64,000 nucleotides of DNA. Source: Chlorobium sp. (GTDB lineage Bacteria > Bacteroidota > Chlorobiia > Chlorobiales > Chlorobiaceae). A program made the position numbers and the translations under genes. A model generated the notes under the pieces. That model worked only from the letters and a program-made list of their open reading frames with translations. It had not been told where the DNA came from and did no database searches. The stretch covers positions 18,367 to 82,366 of the forward strand of contig SZXV01000006.1 of the NCBI GenBank assembly GCA_005862225.1, read 5' to 3'. How positions within the stretch are numbered: position 1 is the stretch's first letter; each line of letters starts with the position of its first letter. Below are positions 30,175 through 39,004 of this stretch, piece by piece.

Positions 30175-30420
30175 TCACGATTTTTTACTCTCTGGAGCAG
30201 TTTCAGCAACTTTTGGCGTCAACGGAGTAACTGGTTTATCTACAGGCTCTGAATCCTCTGCCACTTTGTTGAATTCATGCTCAAGATCAGCCTGAGCTTT
30301 CTTAAACTCTCTTATTCCTTTACCCAGCCCTCTGGCAAGTTCAGGAAGTTTTGAAGGGCCAAAAAATAACAGCACAATAAACATGATCAGCAACAGCTCC
30401 TGGCCTCCCAGTCCAAACAT
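30175..30420 (-). CDS. tatA: Second TatA/E paralog
   Basis: [12 protein letters not shown]...FFGPSKLPELARGLGKGIREFKKA. Confidence 0.92.
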   Translation of the reverse strand: MFGLGGQELLLIMFIVLLFFGPSKLPELARGLGKGIREFKKAQADLEHEFNKVAEDSEPVDKPVTPLTPKVAETAPESKKS

Positions 30421-30483
30421 GGCAACTTCCTCCTCTTATACTGTTTAGAATGCTATAAGTGCAATTATAAAAATAATAAATAA

Positions 30484-30515
30484 TCAGAAAAGCCCTTAAA
30501 AAAGGGCTTTTCTGA
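30484..30515. terminator. Strong stem-loop terminator
   Basis: tcagaaaagccctt / aagggcttttctga. Confidence 0.75.
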
Positions 30516-30604
30516 AAAGAAACTGAAAACCTTAACGCCTCACCTTATCATCACAAAGACATCTTTTTACTTATGGGCACTTAAGGCATCATGAAGAACA
30601 CAGC

Positions 30605-30823
30605 TTACTTTGCCTCTTCTTTCTTGGTCTCTTCTTTCTTTACAGCAGCCTTTTTAGCAGCTTTTTTCTTTACAGCCTTCTTTTTTGCAACAGGAGCTGC
30701 AGCTTTAACCTCAGTTTTTACTTCAGGCTTTGCAGCAGGAGCTGTTTCTGCAAAAGAGACACCACCAAAAAAGCCGGTCATTGCAAGAGATAAAACAATA
30801 CCTGAGATAAGATTCTTTTTCAT
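30605..30823 (-). CDS. Small secreted Lys/Ala-rich low-complexity protein
   Basis: Signal peptide (SFA-E) followed by PAAK / KKAVKKKAAKKAAVKK repeats. Confidence 0.75.
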   Translation of the reverse strand: MKKNLISGIVLSLAMTGFFGGVSFAETAPAAKPEVKTEVKAAAPVAKKKAVKKKAAKKAAVKKEETKKEEAK

Positions 30824-30975
30824 AAGTTATTTTACTTTTATTATTAGTTATACCATCTGATAGAAACCGAAGCAATTTACTTCTCCCTTATTAGTACGCA
30901 CTCCGCGAAAATTTCTTTCAAAAAATCTTTTCTCATTGTAATTTTTTTATCCGGCCACAAACGACAGCCATCGCC

Positions 30976-32295
30976 ATGAACAAAACAGCATCGATCCACT
31001 CCCTTGGGCCGATTACTCTCGCTCCTTCTGTGCTCCCCCGTCATGGCATTGCCTATCTTTATTCTGCTTTTTTTTCTATCGGACTGATAACGTTTGTCTC
31101 AATAGGGCAGGCATACATTCTCAATGAGCACCTGAAGATTCCGACATCACAGCAAGGCGCTATCAGTGGCGATCTTGTCTTTTGGACAGAGGTTATCACC
31201 CTGATGTTTTTTATACCCGCCGGGGTTCTGATGGATCGGGTCGGACGAAAACCGATATACTCTGCCGGTTTTATTCTTCTTGCGCTGGCTTATGCACTGT
31301 ATCCTTTCTCCCGTTCTCTCTCAGATTTAACACTCTGCCGGATAATCTATGCGTTTGGAATTGTTGCTGTCACCGGCGCACTCTCAACCGTCATGATTGA
31401 CTATCCTGCCGAACGATCACGAGGCAAACTTATTGCCATAACAGGGTTTCTCAATGGTCTTGGCATTGTAGTGCTGAACAGCTTTTTTGGAGGATTGCCA
31501 CAAAAGCTTGTCGCAAAAGGGTTCAGTGGCAATGATGCCGGAATTTACACCCACCTTGGCATTGCCGGAGTCGCACTTGTTTCCGCAATTGTGGTTGGCT
31601 TAGGGCTTAAGGGCGGCACTCCCGTCAGCAAGAAAGAGCGGCCTCCGCTTCGGGCACTCTTCACCAGTGGAATCAGTTGCGCGAAGAATCCAAGAATTCT
31701 GCTCTCTTACGCAGCAGCATTTGTGGCACGGGGAGATCAATCCATTATCGGCACCTTTCTTCCTCTTTGGGGAACAACCTCGGGTATTGCCATGGGGATG
31801 GCACCTGCTGAAGCTGTCAAAAAAGGCATGATGATTTTTATCATTTCACAAGCAGCAGCATTACTCTGGGCTCCGGTTATCGGGCCACTGATTGACCGCT
31901 GGAACCGGGTCACCGCACTTGCTCTCTGCATGTCTCTGGCCAGTATCGGGTATCTTTCGCTTGGCTTCATCGGCAATCCCCATGAACCGACTTCAATCAT
32001 CTTTTTTGTGCTGCTCGGCATTGGCCAGATAAGCTCGTTTCTTGGTGCTCAGTCACTGATAGGTCAAGAGGCGCCAAAGGCTGAACGGGGATCCGTCATC
32101 GGTATGTTCAACATCAGTGGCGCCATAGGAATTCTGGTTATCACAACCATTGGAGGAAGATTGTTTGATTCCATCAGTCCAAAAGCGCCCTTCATTGTCG
32201 TTGGCACCATCAATGCACTCGTCATGCTGGCAGGTATCATGGTACGTCTCAAGGCCCCAGGAAAAAGCTTTCAGACTGAGCATGAACACGCCTGA
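30976..32295 (+). CDS. MFS transporter
   Basis: GVLMDRVGRK and GPLIDRWNR motif A copies; about 12 TM segments. Confidence 0.88.
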   Translation: MNKTASIHSLGPITLAPSVLPRHGIAYLYSAFFSIGLITFVSIGQAYILNEHLKIPTSQQGAISGDLVFWTEVITLMFFIPAGVLMDRVGRKPIYSAGFILLALAYALYPFSRSLSDLTLCRIIYAFGIVAVTGALSTVMIDYPAERSRGKLIAITGFLNGLGIVVLNSFFGGLPQKLVAKGFSGNDAGIYTHLGIAGVALVSAIVVGLGLKGGTPVSKKERPPLRALFTSGISCAKNPRILLSYAAAFVARGDQSIIGTFLPLWGTTSGIAMGMAPAEAVKKGMMIFIISQAAALLWAPVIGPLIDRWNRVTALALCMSLASIGYLSLGFIGNPHEPTSIIFFVLLGIGQISSFLGAQSLIGQEAPKAERGSVIGMFNISGAIGILVITTIGGRLFDSISPKAPFIVVGTINALVMLAGIMVRLKAPGKSFQTEHEHA

Positions 32296-32328
32296 CTCTC
32301 AAGAGTTACCATAAAGCGAATCTCACTC

Positions 32329-33573
32329 ATGCAAAAAACGATTACAAAAGCATTTTCTTTCAAAACACTGCTCAGCTTTCTCGGCCCCGGGTTTCTTGTT
32401 ACCGTAGGTTTTGTCGATCCGGGCAACTGGGCCACCAATATTGAGGGAGGAGCAAAATTCGGCTACGAATTACTCTGGGTTGTTACTCTCGGCACCATCA
32501 TGCTGATCATTATTCAGCATATTGCAGCCAAACTTGGCATAGCCACCGGAAAATCACTGGCCGTCAACATCCGCGACTCTTTTCCGAAACCGGTGACCGC
32601 ATTTCTTGGTTTTACTGTCGTTCTGGCCTGTATTGCAACTGATGTTGCTGAGCTTCTTGGTGGAGGCATCGGGTTCAGTCTTCTGTTTGGCATACCCCTC
32701 TGGGCGGGATCACTGATAACCCTTCTTCTCAAGATTTTTCTGGTTATAAGTCAACGGTATCACCGAATTGAAACAATTATTGTCAGTTTTCTTGGCATAA
32801 TCACCTTATGTTATCTGGCCGAGCTTTGGATGGTAAAACCGGACTGGACAGCAACAGCGACAGCACTCGTTGTACCAAAAGTGCGCAGCGAAAGTATTTA
32901 TATAGCGCTCGCCATTCTTGGCGCACTGGTCATGCCTCACAACATATTTCTTCACTCCAACGTCATTCACAGCAGGAAATGGGGCATTTCTGAAGAAGAG
33001 AAGATGGATTTACTCCGATACGAAAAAATGGACACTCTTCTTGCCATGACTCTGGGCTGGATTGTCAACTCTTCAATGATCATCGTTGCTGCGGCAATCT
33101 TCTTTAAAAATAAGATCCCGGTCAACACTCTCGAACAAGCTTCGGCAACATTGATACCAATTGTGGGTCACTATGCCAGCCTGTTATTTGCCATAGCGCT
33201 TATTTTTTCAGGCGTTGGCTCATCGATGACATCTTCTATGGCTGAAGCCGATGTCATCACAGGATTTCTGGGCAAGCCAGAAGATCCCCAAACGCCATTA
33301 TATCGGCTCTCCGTTTTTGTGACGGCTATTCCGGCATTCATGATTATTTTATTCAGCATCGAGAGCTATAAGATCCTGATTTTCAGTCAGGTCATTTTAA
33401 GTATCCAGCTCCCTTTTACCCTGCTGCCTCTTCTCATTCTCAGCCGAAATCAAAAACTTATGGGCAGCTTTCGAAGCCATAATGTCGAGTTTGCAGCAGC
33501 ATTACTCATATCCGTGACAGTTATTGCCCTCAATATCTATTTTTTGTATACGACCGTAACCCAGGGAAACTGA
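32329..33573 (+). CDS. Nramp/MntH divalent metal transporter
   Basis: GFVDPGNW and ALVMPHNIFLHS metal-binding motifs. Confidence 0.9.
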   Translation: MQKTITKAFSFKTLLSFLGPGFLVTVGFVDPGNWATNIEGGAKFGYELLWVVTLGTIMLIIIQHIAAKLGIATGKSLAVNIRDSFPKPVTAFLGFTVVLACIATDVAELLGGGIGFSLLFGIPLWAGSLITLLLKIFLVISQRYHRIETIIVSFLGIITLCYLAELWMVKPDWTATATALVVPKVRSESIYIALAILGALVMPHNIFLHSNVIHSRKWGISEEEKMDLLRYEKMDTLLAMTLGWIVNSSMIIVAAAIFFKNKIPVNTLEQASATLIPIVGHYASLLFAIALIFSGVGSSMTSSMAEADVITGFLGKPEDPQTPLYRLSVFVTAIPAFMIILFSIESYKILIFSQVILSIQLPFTLLPLLILSRNQKLMGSFRSHNVEFAAALLISVTVIALNIYFLYTTVTQGN

Positions 33574-33574
33574 T

Positions 33575-33985
33575 ATGCCTGTATATAAAAAGATCCTTGT
33601 TGCTATCGACTGCTCGCCAGTTGATGAGGCCATCATTGAACATGTATCATCACTTGCGCTTCAGCTTGGCGCTACCCTGCACCTGCTGCATGTCGTCCAT
33701 TCGCACACACTCGACCAGGAGCGATATTTACGTGAACAGTCTGTGATGACCCTTGCCAGATTTGAGAAAATATTACGTGACGCAGGCATTGAAAGCCATG
33801 CTATTATCCGGAGCGGAGAACCGGAAAAAGAGATTCTCAGAGAAATTGAAGAAAACAGTTACGATCTTCTTGCAATGGCGATGCATGGCCACCGTCTTCC
33901 CGAAAGAATTCTTTTCGGGAGCGTATCAAGAACCCTTCGTCAAAAAGCCACGATTCCGTTACTGCTCATCAAACCGGTGAAGTAA
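33575..33985 (+). CDS. Universal stress protein
   Basis: YKKILVAIDCS; DLLAMAMHG; LFGSVS. Confidence 0.9.
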   Translation: MPVYKKILVAIDCSPVDEAIIEHVSSLALQLGATLHLLHVVHSHTLDQERYLREQSVMTLARFEKILRDAGIESHAIIRSGEPEKEILREIEENSYDLLAMAMHGHRLPERILFGSVSRTLRQKATIPLLLIKPVK

Positions 33986-34068
33986 TGGCGGCAGTACACC
34001 ATGAACAGAGCTTGCCTGCAACCCATTACTTCGATTAACCAGCTCGTTAATCCAAAGTCAGGCAATCA

Positions 34069-34473
34069 TTACCGAATAAAGAGGTAAACGATCATTCCTG
34101 CCAATACAGCACCAACTCCAGCAAAAATGAGAGATTGACGAATGAGACCGATTCTATGCAGCTCCATCCGCTGCACCAACGACGTATTCTGTTCAGCCAG
34201 TGTCTTGAGCAATCCAGATGATGCCTGAAGTTGTTCCTCCAAACTATCCACTCTTTGTGCCAATAGATCCAACCTTCCTTTTAGGATATCACTCTCCGAA
34301 AGCTCGGTGCTATATGAGGAATAAACACTGCTCTCATCAACTGAAAGAGGCTTTTTTTTATTTTTAATGGTAGTCCAGAGAGTTCCCGCCCTCTCTGCCA
34401 CGGTTGGCGCAAGCTCAATCACTTTATCCCATGGAATCTGAGAGGCAACTTTCAGTATTGTTCTTGCTAACAT
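34069..34473 (-). CDS. Hypothetical protein (coiled coil, C-terminal TM)
   Basis: 134-aa ORF with an IPWDKVIELAP N-terminus and a hydrophobic C-terminus. Confidence 0.65.
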   Translation of the reverse strand: MLARTILKVASQIPWDKVIELAPTVAERAGTLWTTIKNKKKPLSVDESSVYSSYSTELSESDILKGRLDLLAQRVDSLEEQLQASSGLLKTLAEQNTSLVQRMELHRIGLIRQSLIFAGVGAVLAGMIVYLFIR

Positions 34474-34631
34474 AATTTATTGATGTTATGAAGAGAGAAG
34501 AGATTTTTAGCCATTGAAATCACGAACAACATCTTGATCAAGGTAGAGATATTCTGTAAAAAAGATAATGCTTTTCTGGAGAAGCTTTAGGAGCAACCAG
34601 TCTCCATTGCAACAACAAACTCAGGCCGCAG

Positions 34632-36834
34632 GTTTCAATCCACGCGCCCGAAGGGGGCGCGACTAATGATGAAAATCTACCTTCTGACAAATCTTTGTTT
34701 CAATCCACGCGCCCGCAGAGGGCGCGACCAGATTTAACGCTTTTGTTGACGGAGATGATTGAGTTTCAATCCACGCGCCCGCAGGGGGCGCGACTCAGCC
34801 GGGGCTATCACCCCTGAAGAGGTGCGTGTTTCAATCCACGCGCCCGCAGGGGGCGCGACTATCCAGCCTTGATAATTTTTTCGTAGCATGCAAGTTTCAA
34901 TCCACGCGCCCGCATGGGGCGCGACTTGCTCTCTTTCTCCTGATTCTCCACCTTTTATTGTTTCAATCCACGCGCCCGCATGGGGCGCGACCCGGCAAAG
35001 TCAGTGATCGAGTTGTGGTAGGCTTGTTTCAATCCACGCGCCCGCATGGGGCGCGACTTTGTTCCGATCCACGGCAAGGCGTCACCACCGGTTTCAATCC
35101 ACGCGCCCGCATGGGGCGCGACCGAAAATGTTGACCGCTTTCCGCTCTTTTTTGCCGTTTCAATCCACGCGCCCGCATGGGGCGCGACTTTTTGTAGCTT
35201 GCTTCATGCTGGACTACTATGTTTCAATCCACGCGCCCGCATGGGGCGCGACTCACCGGGATTGATTTGCTCACCCATAAATTTCTGGTTTCAATCCACG
35301 CGCCCGCATGGGGCGCGACGGCCTCAGGTAAGCGTCCGTTATCATTTAATGCAAAGTTTCAATCCACGCGCCCGCATGGGGCGCGACCGTTCACTTTTTC
35401 TTTCTAAACTTCAAAAATTTGTTTCAATCCACGCGCCCGCATGGGGCGCGACTTAGTCTGGTTGAACTGGCGCGCTTTTCAAGGCGTTTCAATCCACGCG
35501 CCCGCATGGGGCGCGACATTTGTAGATTGATTTCGTGCACCGAGGGCAGAGTTTCAATCCACGCGCCCGCATGGGGCGCGACTTAAGAGTATCGCCAGGC
35601 AAGACCTCATCGACAGTTTCAATCCACGCGCCCGCATGGGGCGCGACTTCGAGAGTGCCGCCTATGTTGCTAGGTACATCATGTTTCAATCCACGCGCCC
35701 GCATGGGGCGCGACCATGGTCATGGATTCCATTCCCACTCTTTTTCTGTTTCAATCCACGCGCCCGCATGGGGCGCGACTGCTATGCAGACCTCGCAGAT
35801 CTCCCAGCAGCTTAAGTTTCAATCCACGCGCCCGCATGGGGCGCGACCTGTCATTGCTCGACGACCCTACTCGCCGGAGCGTTTCAATCCACGCGCCCGC
35901 ATGGGGCGCGACCAACAACACGAGCAACAGGTGTATTGCTCTCGATGTTTCAATCCACGCGCCCGCATGGGGCGCGACCAGAATTAAAGACGGCTTGTTC
36001 GCCAAGTGCCTGTTTCAATCCACGCGCCCGCATGGGGCGCGACTTATCTCTCCTCGACGATCCGTCTAGACGGAGCGTTTCAATCCACGCGCCCGCATGG
36101 GGCGCGACAATAGATTGCATAGCAATCTGGAAATCAGATACAGTTTCAATCCACGCGCCCGCATGGGGCGCGACTCAGGCCTCCCCAGCGGAGCCCCGGG
36201 GCTCCGCAGTTTCAATCCACGCGCCCGCATGGGGCGCGACAGGAGCGCTGAATATCAGCACTCGGGGTTATACCGTTTCAATCCACGCGCCCGCATGGGG
36301 CGCGACGAATAGCCTCACCGCGAGAAGTGGCAGTCCAAGGTTTCAATCCACGCGCCCGCATGGGGCGCGACCTCGACAAAAGACTTGTGGAATCCATGCC
36401 CATGTTTCAATCCACGCGCCCGCATGGGGCGCGACTTTGCAACTCACCAGCGTCCCTTAAAGTAATAGTTGTTTCAATCCACGCGCCCGCATGGGGCGCG
36501 ACTTGGGTATCAGGAGCGGTATGCCGAGTATCGGTACGTTTCAATCCACGCGCCCGCATGGGGCGCGACGCGGGCATCCCTCTCGTATAAACGTTGGATC
36601 TGGTTTCAATCCACGCGCCCGCATGGGGCGCGACTTACCACCAATAAGACCCATAACACCGGTAGCAACAGTTTCAATCCACGCGCCCGCATGGGGCGCG
36701 ACCTCACGCTGATGACTTGTGCTGGACATGCGCTCCTGGTTTCAATCCACGCGCCCGCATGGGGCGCGACTTAACACCAGTACGCTTGCGCAGACGTTTG
36801 AGGTTTCAATCCACGCGCCCGCATGGGGCGCGAC
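34632..36834 (-). CRISPR. Type I-C CRISPR array: 34 repeats (32 bp), 33 spacers (32-36 bp)
   Basis: Repeat on + is GTTTCAATCCACGCGCCCGCATGGGGCGCGAC (crRNA sense ends ATTGAAAC). Variant repeats lie at the 34.6-kb trailer end and cas2 is adjacent at the other end. Confidence 0.98.
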
Positions 36835-37010
36835 TGTCTAACTGTAATATCAGGCATTTCGTGGTTTTAACGTGGCCTTAACGCGAACCACTTCGTATGC
36901 CAAAAAACATTTTACGAAATCCTGATAATAAAAACTATAACCACAAAAATATTAAGCGAATAGGGATATCGCGAACATACCGGGAAAAGAGGTACAGCTT
37001 GACGTTCGCG
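36835..37010 (-). promoter_or_regulatory. CRISPR leader
   Basis: AT-rich non-coding stretch between cas2 and the first canonical repeat, with GCGAAC/GTTCGC motifs. Confidence 0.8.
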
Positions 37011-37301
37011 CTACACAATCAATATGCCTTCAAGATCCCGGGGCTCTTTGGCACCTTCGTGCTCAATACGATTTTCCCAGTTTGATCCGAGAAAATAAAA
37101 ACGCAAACTGTCATGTTTGTGATCCATCTCATGAACAAGCTTACCTCGTAATTTTACCCATTGCGCAGGATCGACATTGCACTCAAACACAGAAAACTGA
37201 ACACGCTGCCCATAATTCTGACAAGTCTTGGCAATACGGCGCAACCTCCTTTTTCCTGCGGGAGTTTCGGTATTAACATCATAAGTGACCAGAACCAACA
37301 T
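37011..37301 (-). CDS. cas2: Cas2
   Basis: MLVLVTYDV...RVQFSVFEC...DSLRFY. Confidence 0.96.
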   Translation of the reverse strand: MLVLVTYDVNTETPAGKRRLRRIAKTCQNYGQRVQFSVFECNVDPAQWVKLRGKLVHEMDHKHDSLRFYFLGSNWENRIEHEGAKEPRDLEGILIV

Positions 37302-37304
37302 GGT

Positions 37305-38336
37305 TTATCTCCAGACAAATGGCGGATAGGTATCAATATCGCCCCGGATATGACGAGCAAGCAGCATTGCCTGCATATGCCAGAGTAAACCGATGGCCAT
37401 TTTCTCTTTGACAAACGGGTGCTCAATCTCCTCCTGCTTCCGATTTTGATAAGCGGTTAAAAGCGTTTTACGGGCATCGTCTTTCAAAAGCACTGCTCCT
37501 GTTTCAGAGACAGTAAAATCATTGGACTGAATCTGGCCCCGATTGATCAACGACAGAGCCAACCGATCAGCAATGTAGGAACGGAACTCTTCAATCATGT
37601 CAAGCGCAAGGCTTGGCCGCCCCGGCCTGTCTTTATGAAGAAATCCTGCAGCGGGATCAAGCCCACACGACTCAAGCGCAGAACGAATATCGTGAGTAAG
37701 CAGCGTATAGAGAAAAGAGAGCAGGCAATTTATTCGATCAAGCGGCGGGCGACGGTTACGTCCGGTAAAACGGAATAATGGGTCAGAAGAGGTAATACAC
37801 TCATCGAAAACATCAAAATAAACTTTGGCAGCCTCCCCTTCAATCCCCCTGATACGCTCTTGATTGGTTTCATCCCGCAAGCGCTTCACGCAACCAGCAA
37901 GGACATGCTGAGCATTTTTCAACCTGACTGCGTTCACTTTTTCTGGATGATCTCTTACCGTCCTTGCAAGAGTTATCCGGGCATTACCAATTTTTCCAAT
38001 AACAAATGAGCGTGCAAGACAGGCTGTCTGCAAGTCATTATCAGCCATCCGATACTGTGCTCTCCGCAACAAAATATTACCCCGTGTAGCTCCCTGAACC
38101 TGACAAAGATATTTTCCGTATTGACTTAAAAAAGTTACTGTTACACCGGTTTCAGCACAATGACCAAGCAGAAACGGACTGCACGTCACCGCTCCAAAAC
38201 AGACAATTACATCAAGCATGTGAAGAGGAATACGCGTTTTAACCTCTTTTTCTATTTTGATAACAGCACACTCCCCCTCTTTTGAAAGATAAGCTCCCTG
38301 CGTGGTGACAAAAAGGGTATTGAGATATTTTTTCAC
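37305..38336 (-). CDS. cas1: Cas1 (type I-C)
   Basis: GTG start at 38336 ([13 protein letters not shown]) with GGAGGAG upstream; RGIEGEAA, LDMIEEFR, YPPFVWR. Confidence 0.96.
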   Translation of the reverse strand: MKKYLNTLFVTTQGAYLSKEGECAVIKIEKEVKTRIPLHMLDVIVCFGAVTCSPFLLGHCAETGVTVTFLSQYGKYLCQVQGATRGNILLRRAQYRMADNDLQTACLARSFVIGKIGNARITLARTVRDHPEKVNAVRLKNAQHVLAGCVKRLRDETNQERIRGIEGEAAKVYFDVFDECITSSDPLFRFTGRNRRPPLDRINCLLSFLYTLLTHDIRSALESCGLDPAAGFLHKDRPGRPSLALDMIEEFRSYIADRLALSLINRGQIQSNDFTVSETGAVLLKDDARKTLLTAYQNRKQEEIEHPFVKEKMAIGLLWHMQAMLLARHIRGDIDTYPPFVWR

Positions 38337-39004
38337 ATCTCCTCCTCCGAGAGTGTTTGAAGCAATTTTTGAAGGTACACTTTCGCCGATTTTCCCTGGG
38401 CAATCACCTCCGGCAGACACTCCTCTTTCAGGGAGCAGAGTTTGCATTTTGGCCCTGGGTCAGGTGGCGGCGTTACTCCATTCCGAAAAAGATCATGCAC
38501 TCCTTTGGCGGCAAGGCTTGTGCTTTCACGCAAAGCGTCATCGAAATCAACATCAAACCGATGTTTTGTCTGACCATAAAAAAGGGCACCTGCCGGAATC
38601 TGAATGTCGAGCATCTCCTCAAGGCAGATTGCCTGGGCACAAAGCTGGATTTTATCGGCATCATGTTTTTTCGGCTTGCCCCGCTTGTATTCAACCGGAA
38701 ACGGCTCTTCATGATTCTCCAGTTTATGCCATTCCACAACATCAGCCACACCGGAAACCCCAAGCAGAACGCTTCGCAATGCCGCACTCCTTGTTACCCG
38801 AACACCACTGCGATACGATGTTTTGCCATCATCAACCCGCTCATGCATCTCCCGGCCCTCAGCAGTATAACTATTCTCGCTCCATATCTGTTCGAGATGG
38901 ATCAAGGCGCACTGCCGGGGACAATAGACAAAATGCTGCAGTGCAGAGAGGGCGATGAAATCGGATTCGGGGTACATGGCATCTGTGTTATCTTTGTTAG
39001 CCAA
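38333..39004 (-). CDS. cas4: Cas4
   Basis: [25 protein letters not shown]-terminal CxxCSLxxxC. Confidence 0.95.
   Translation of the reverse strand: MANKDNTDAMYPESDFIALSALQHFVYCPRQCALIHLEQIWSENSYTAEGREMHERVDDGKTSYRSGVRVTRSAALRSVLLGVSGVADVVEWHKLENHEEPFPVEYKRGKPKKHDADKIQLCAQAICLEEMLDIQIPAGALFYGQTKHRFDVDFDDALRESTSLAAKGVHDLFRNGVTPPPDPGPKCKLCSLKEECLPEVIAQGKSAKVYLQKLLQTLSEEEM

Noticed and set aside
12111-30420. Two tatA genes bracketing the accessory region as possible att-like repeats
   Set aside because: The proteins are similar but the DNA is diverged at synonymous sites. They are old paralogs, not a recent duplication, and there is no integrase.
34826-36774. Many 60-170 aa ORFs across the CRISPR array
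   Set aside because: They are artefacts of stop-free GC-rich repeats (recurring FQSTRPHGAR / VSIHAPAWGAT). Only the spacer-internal peptides are informative.
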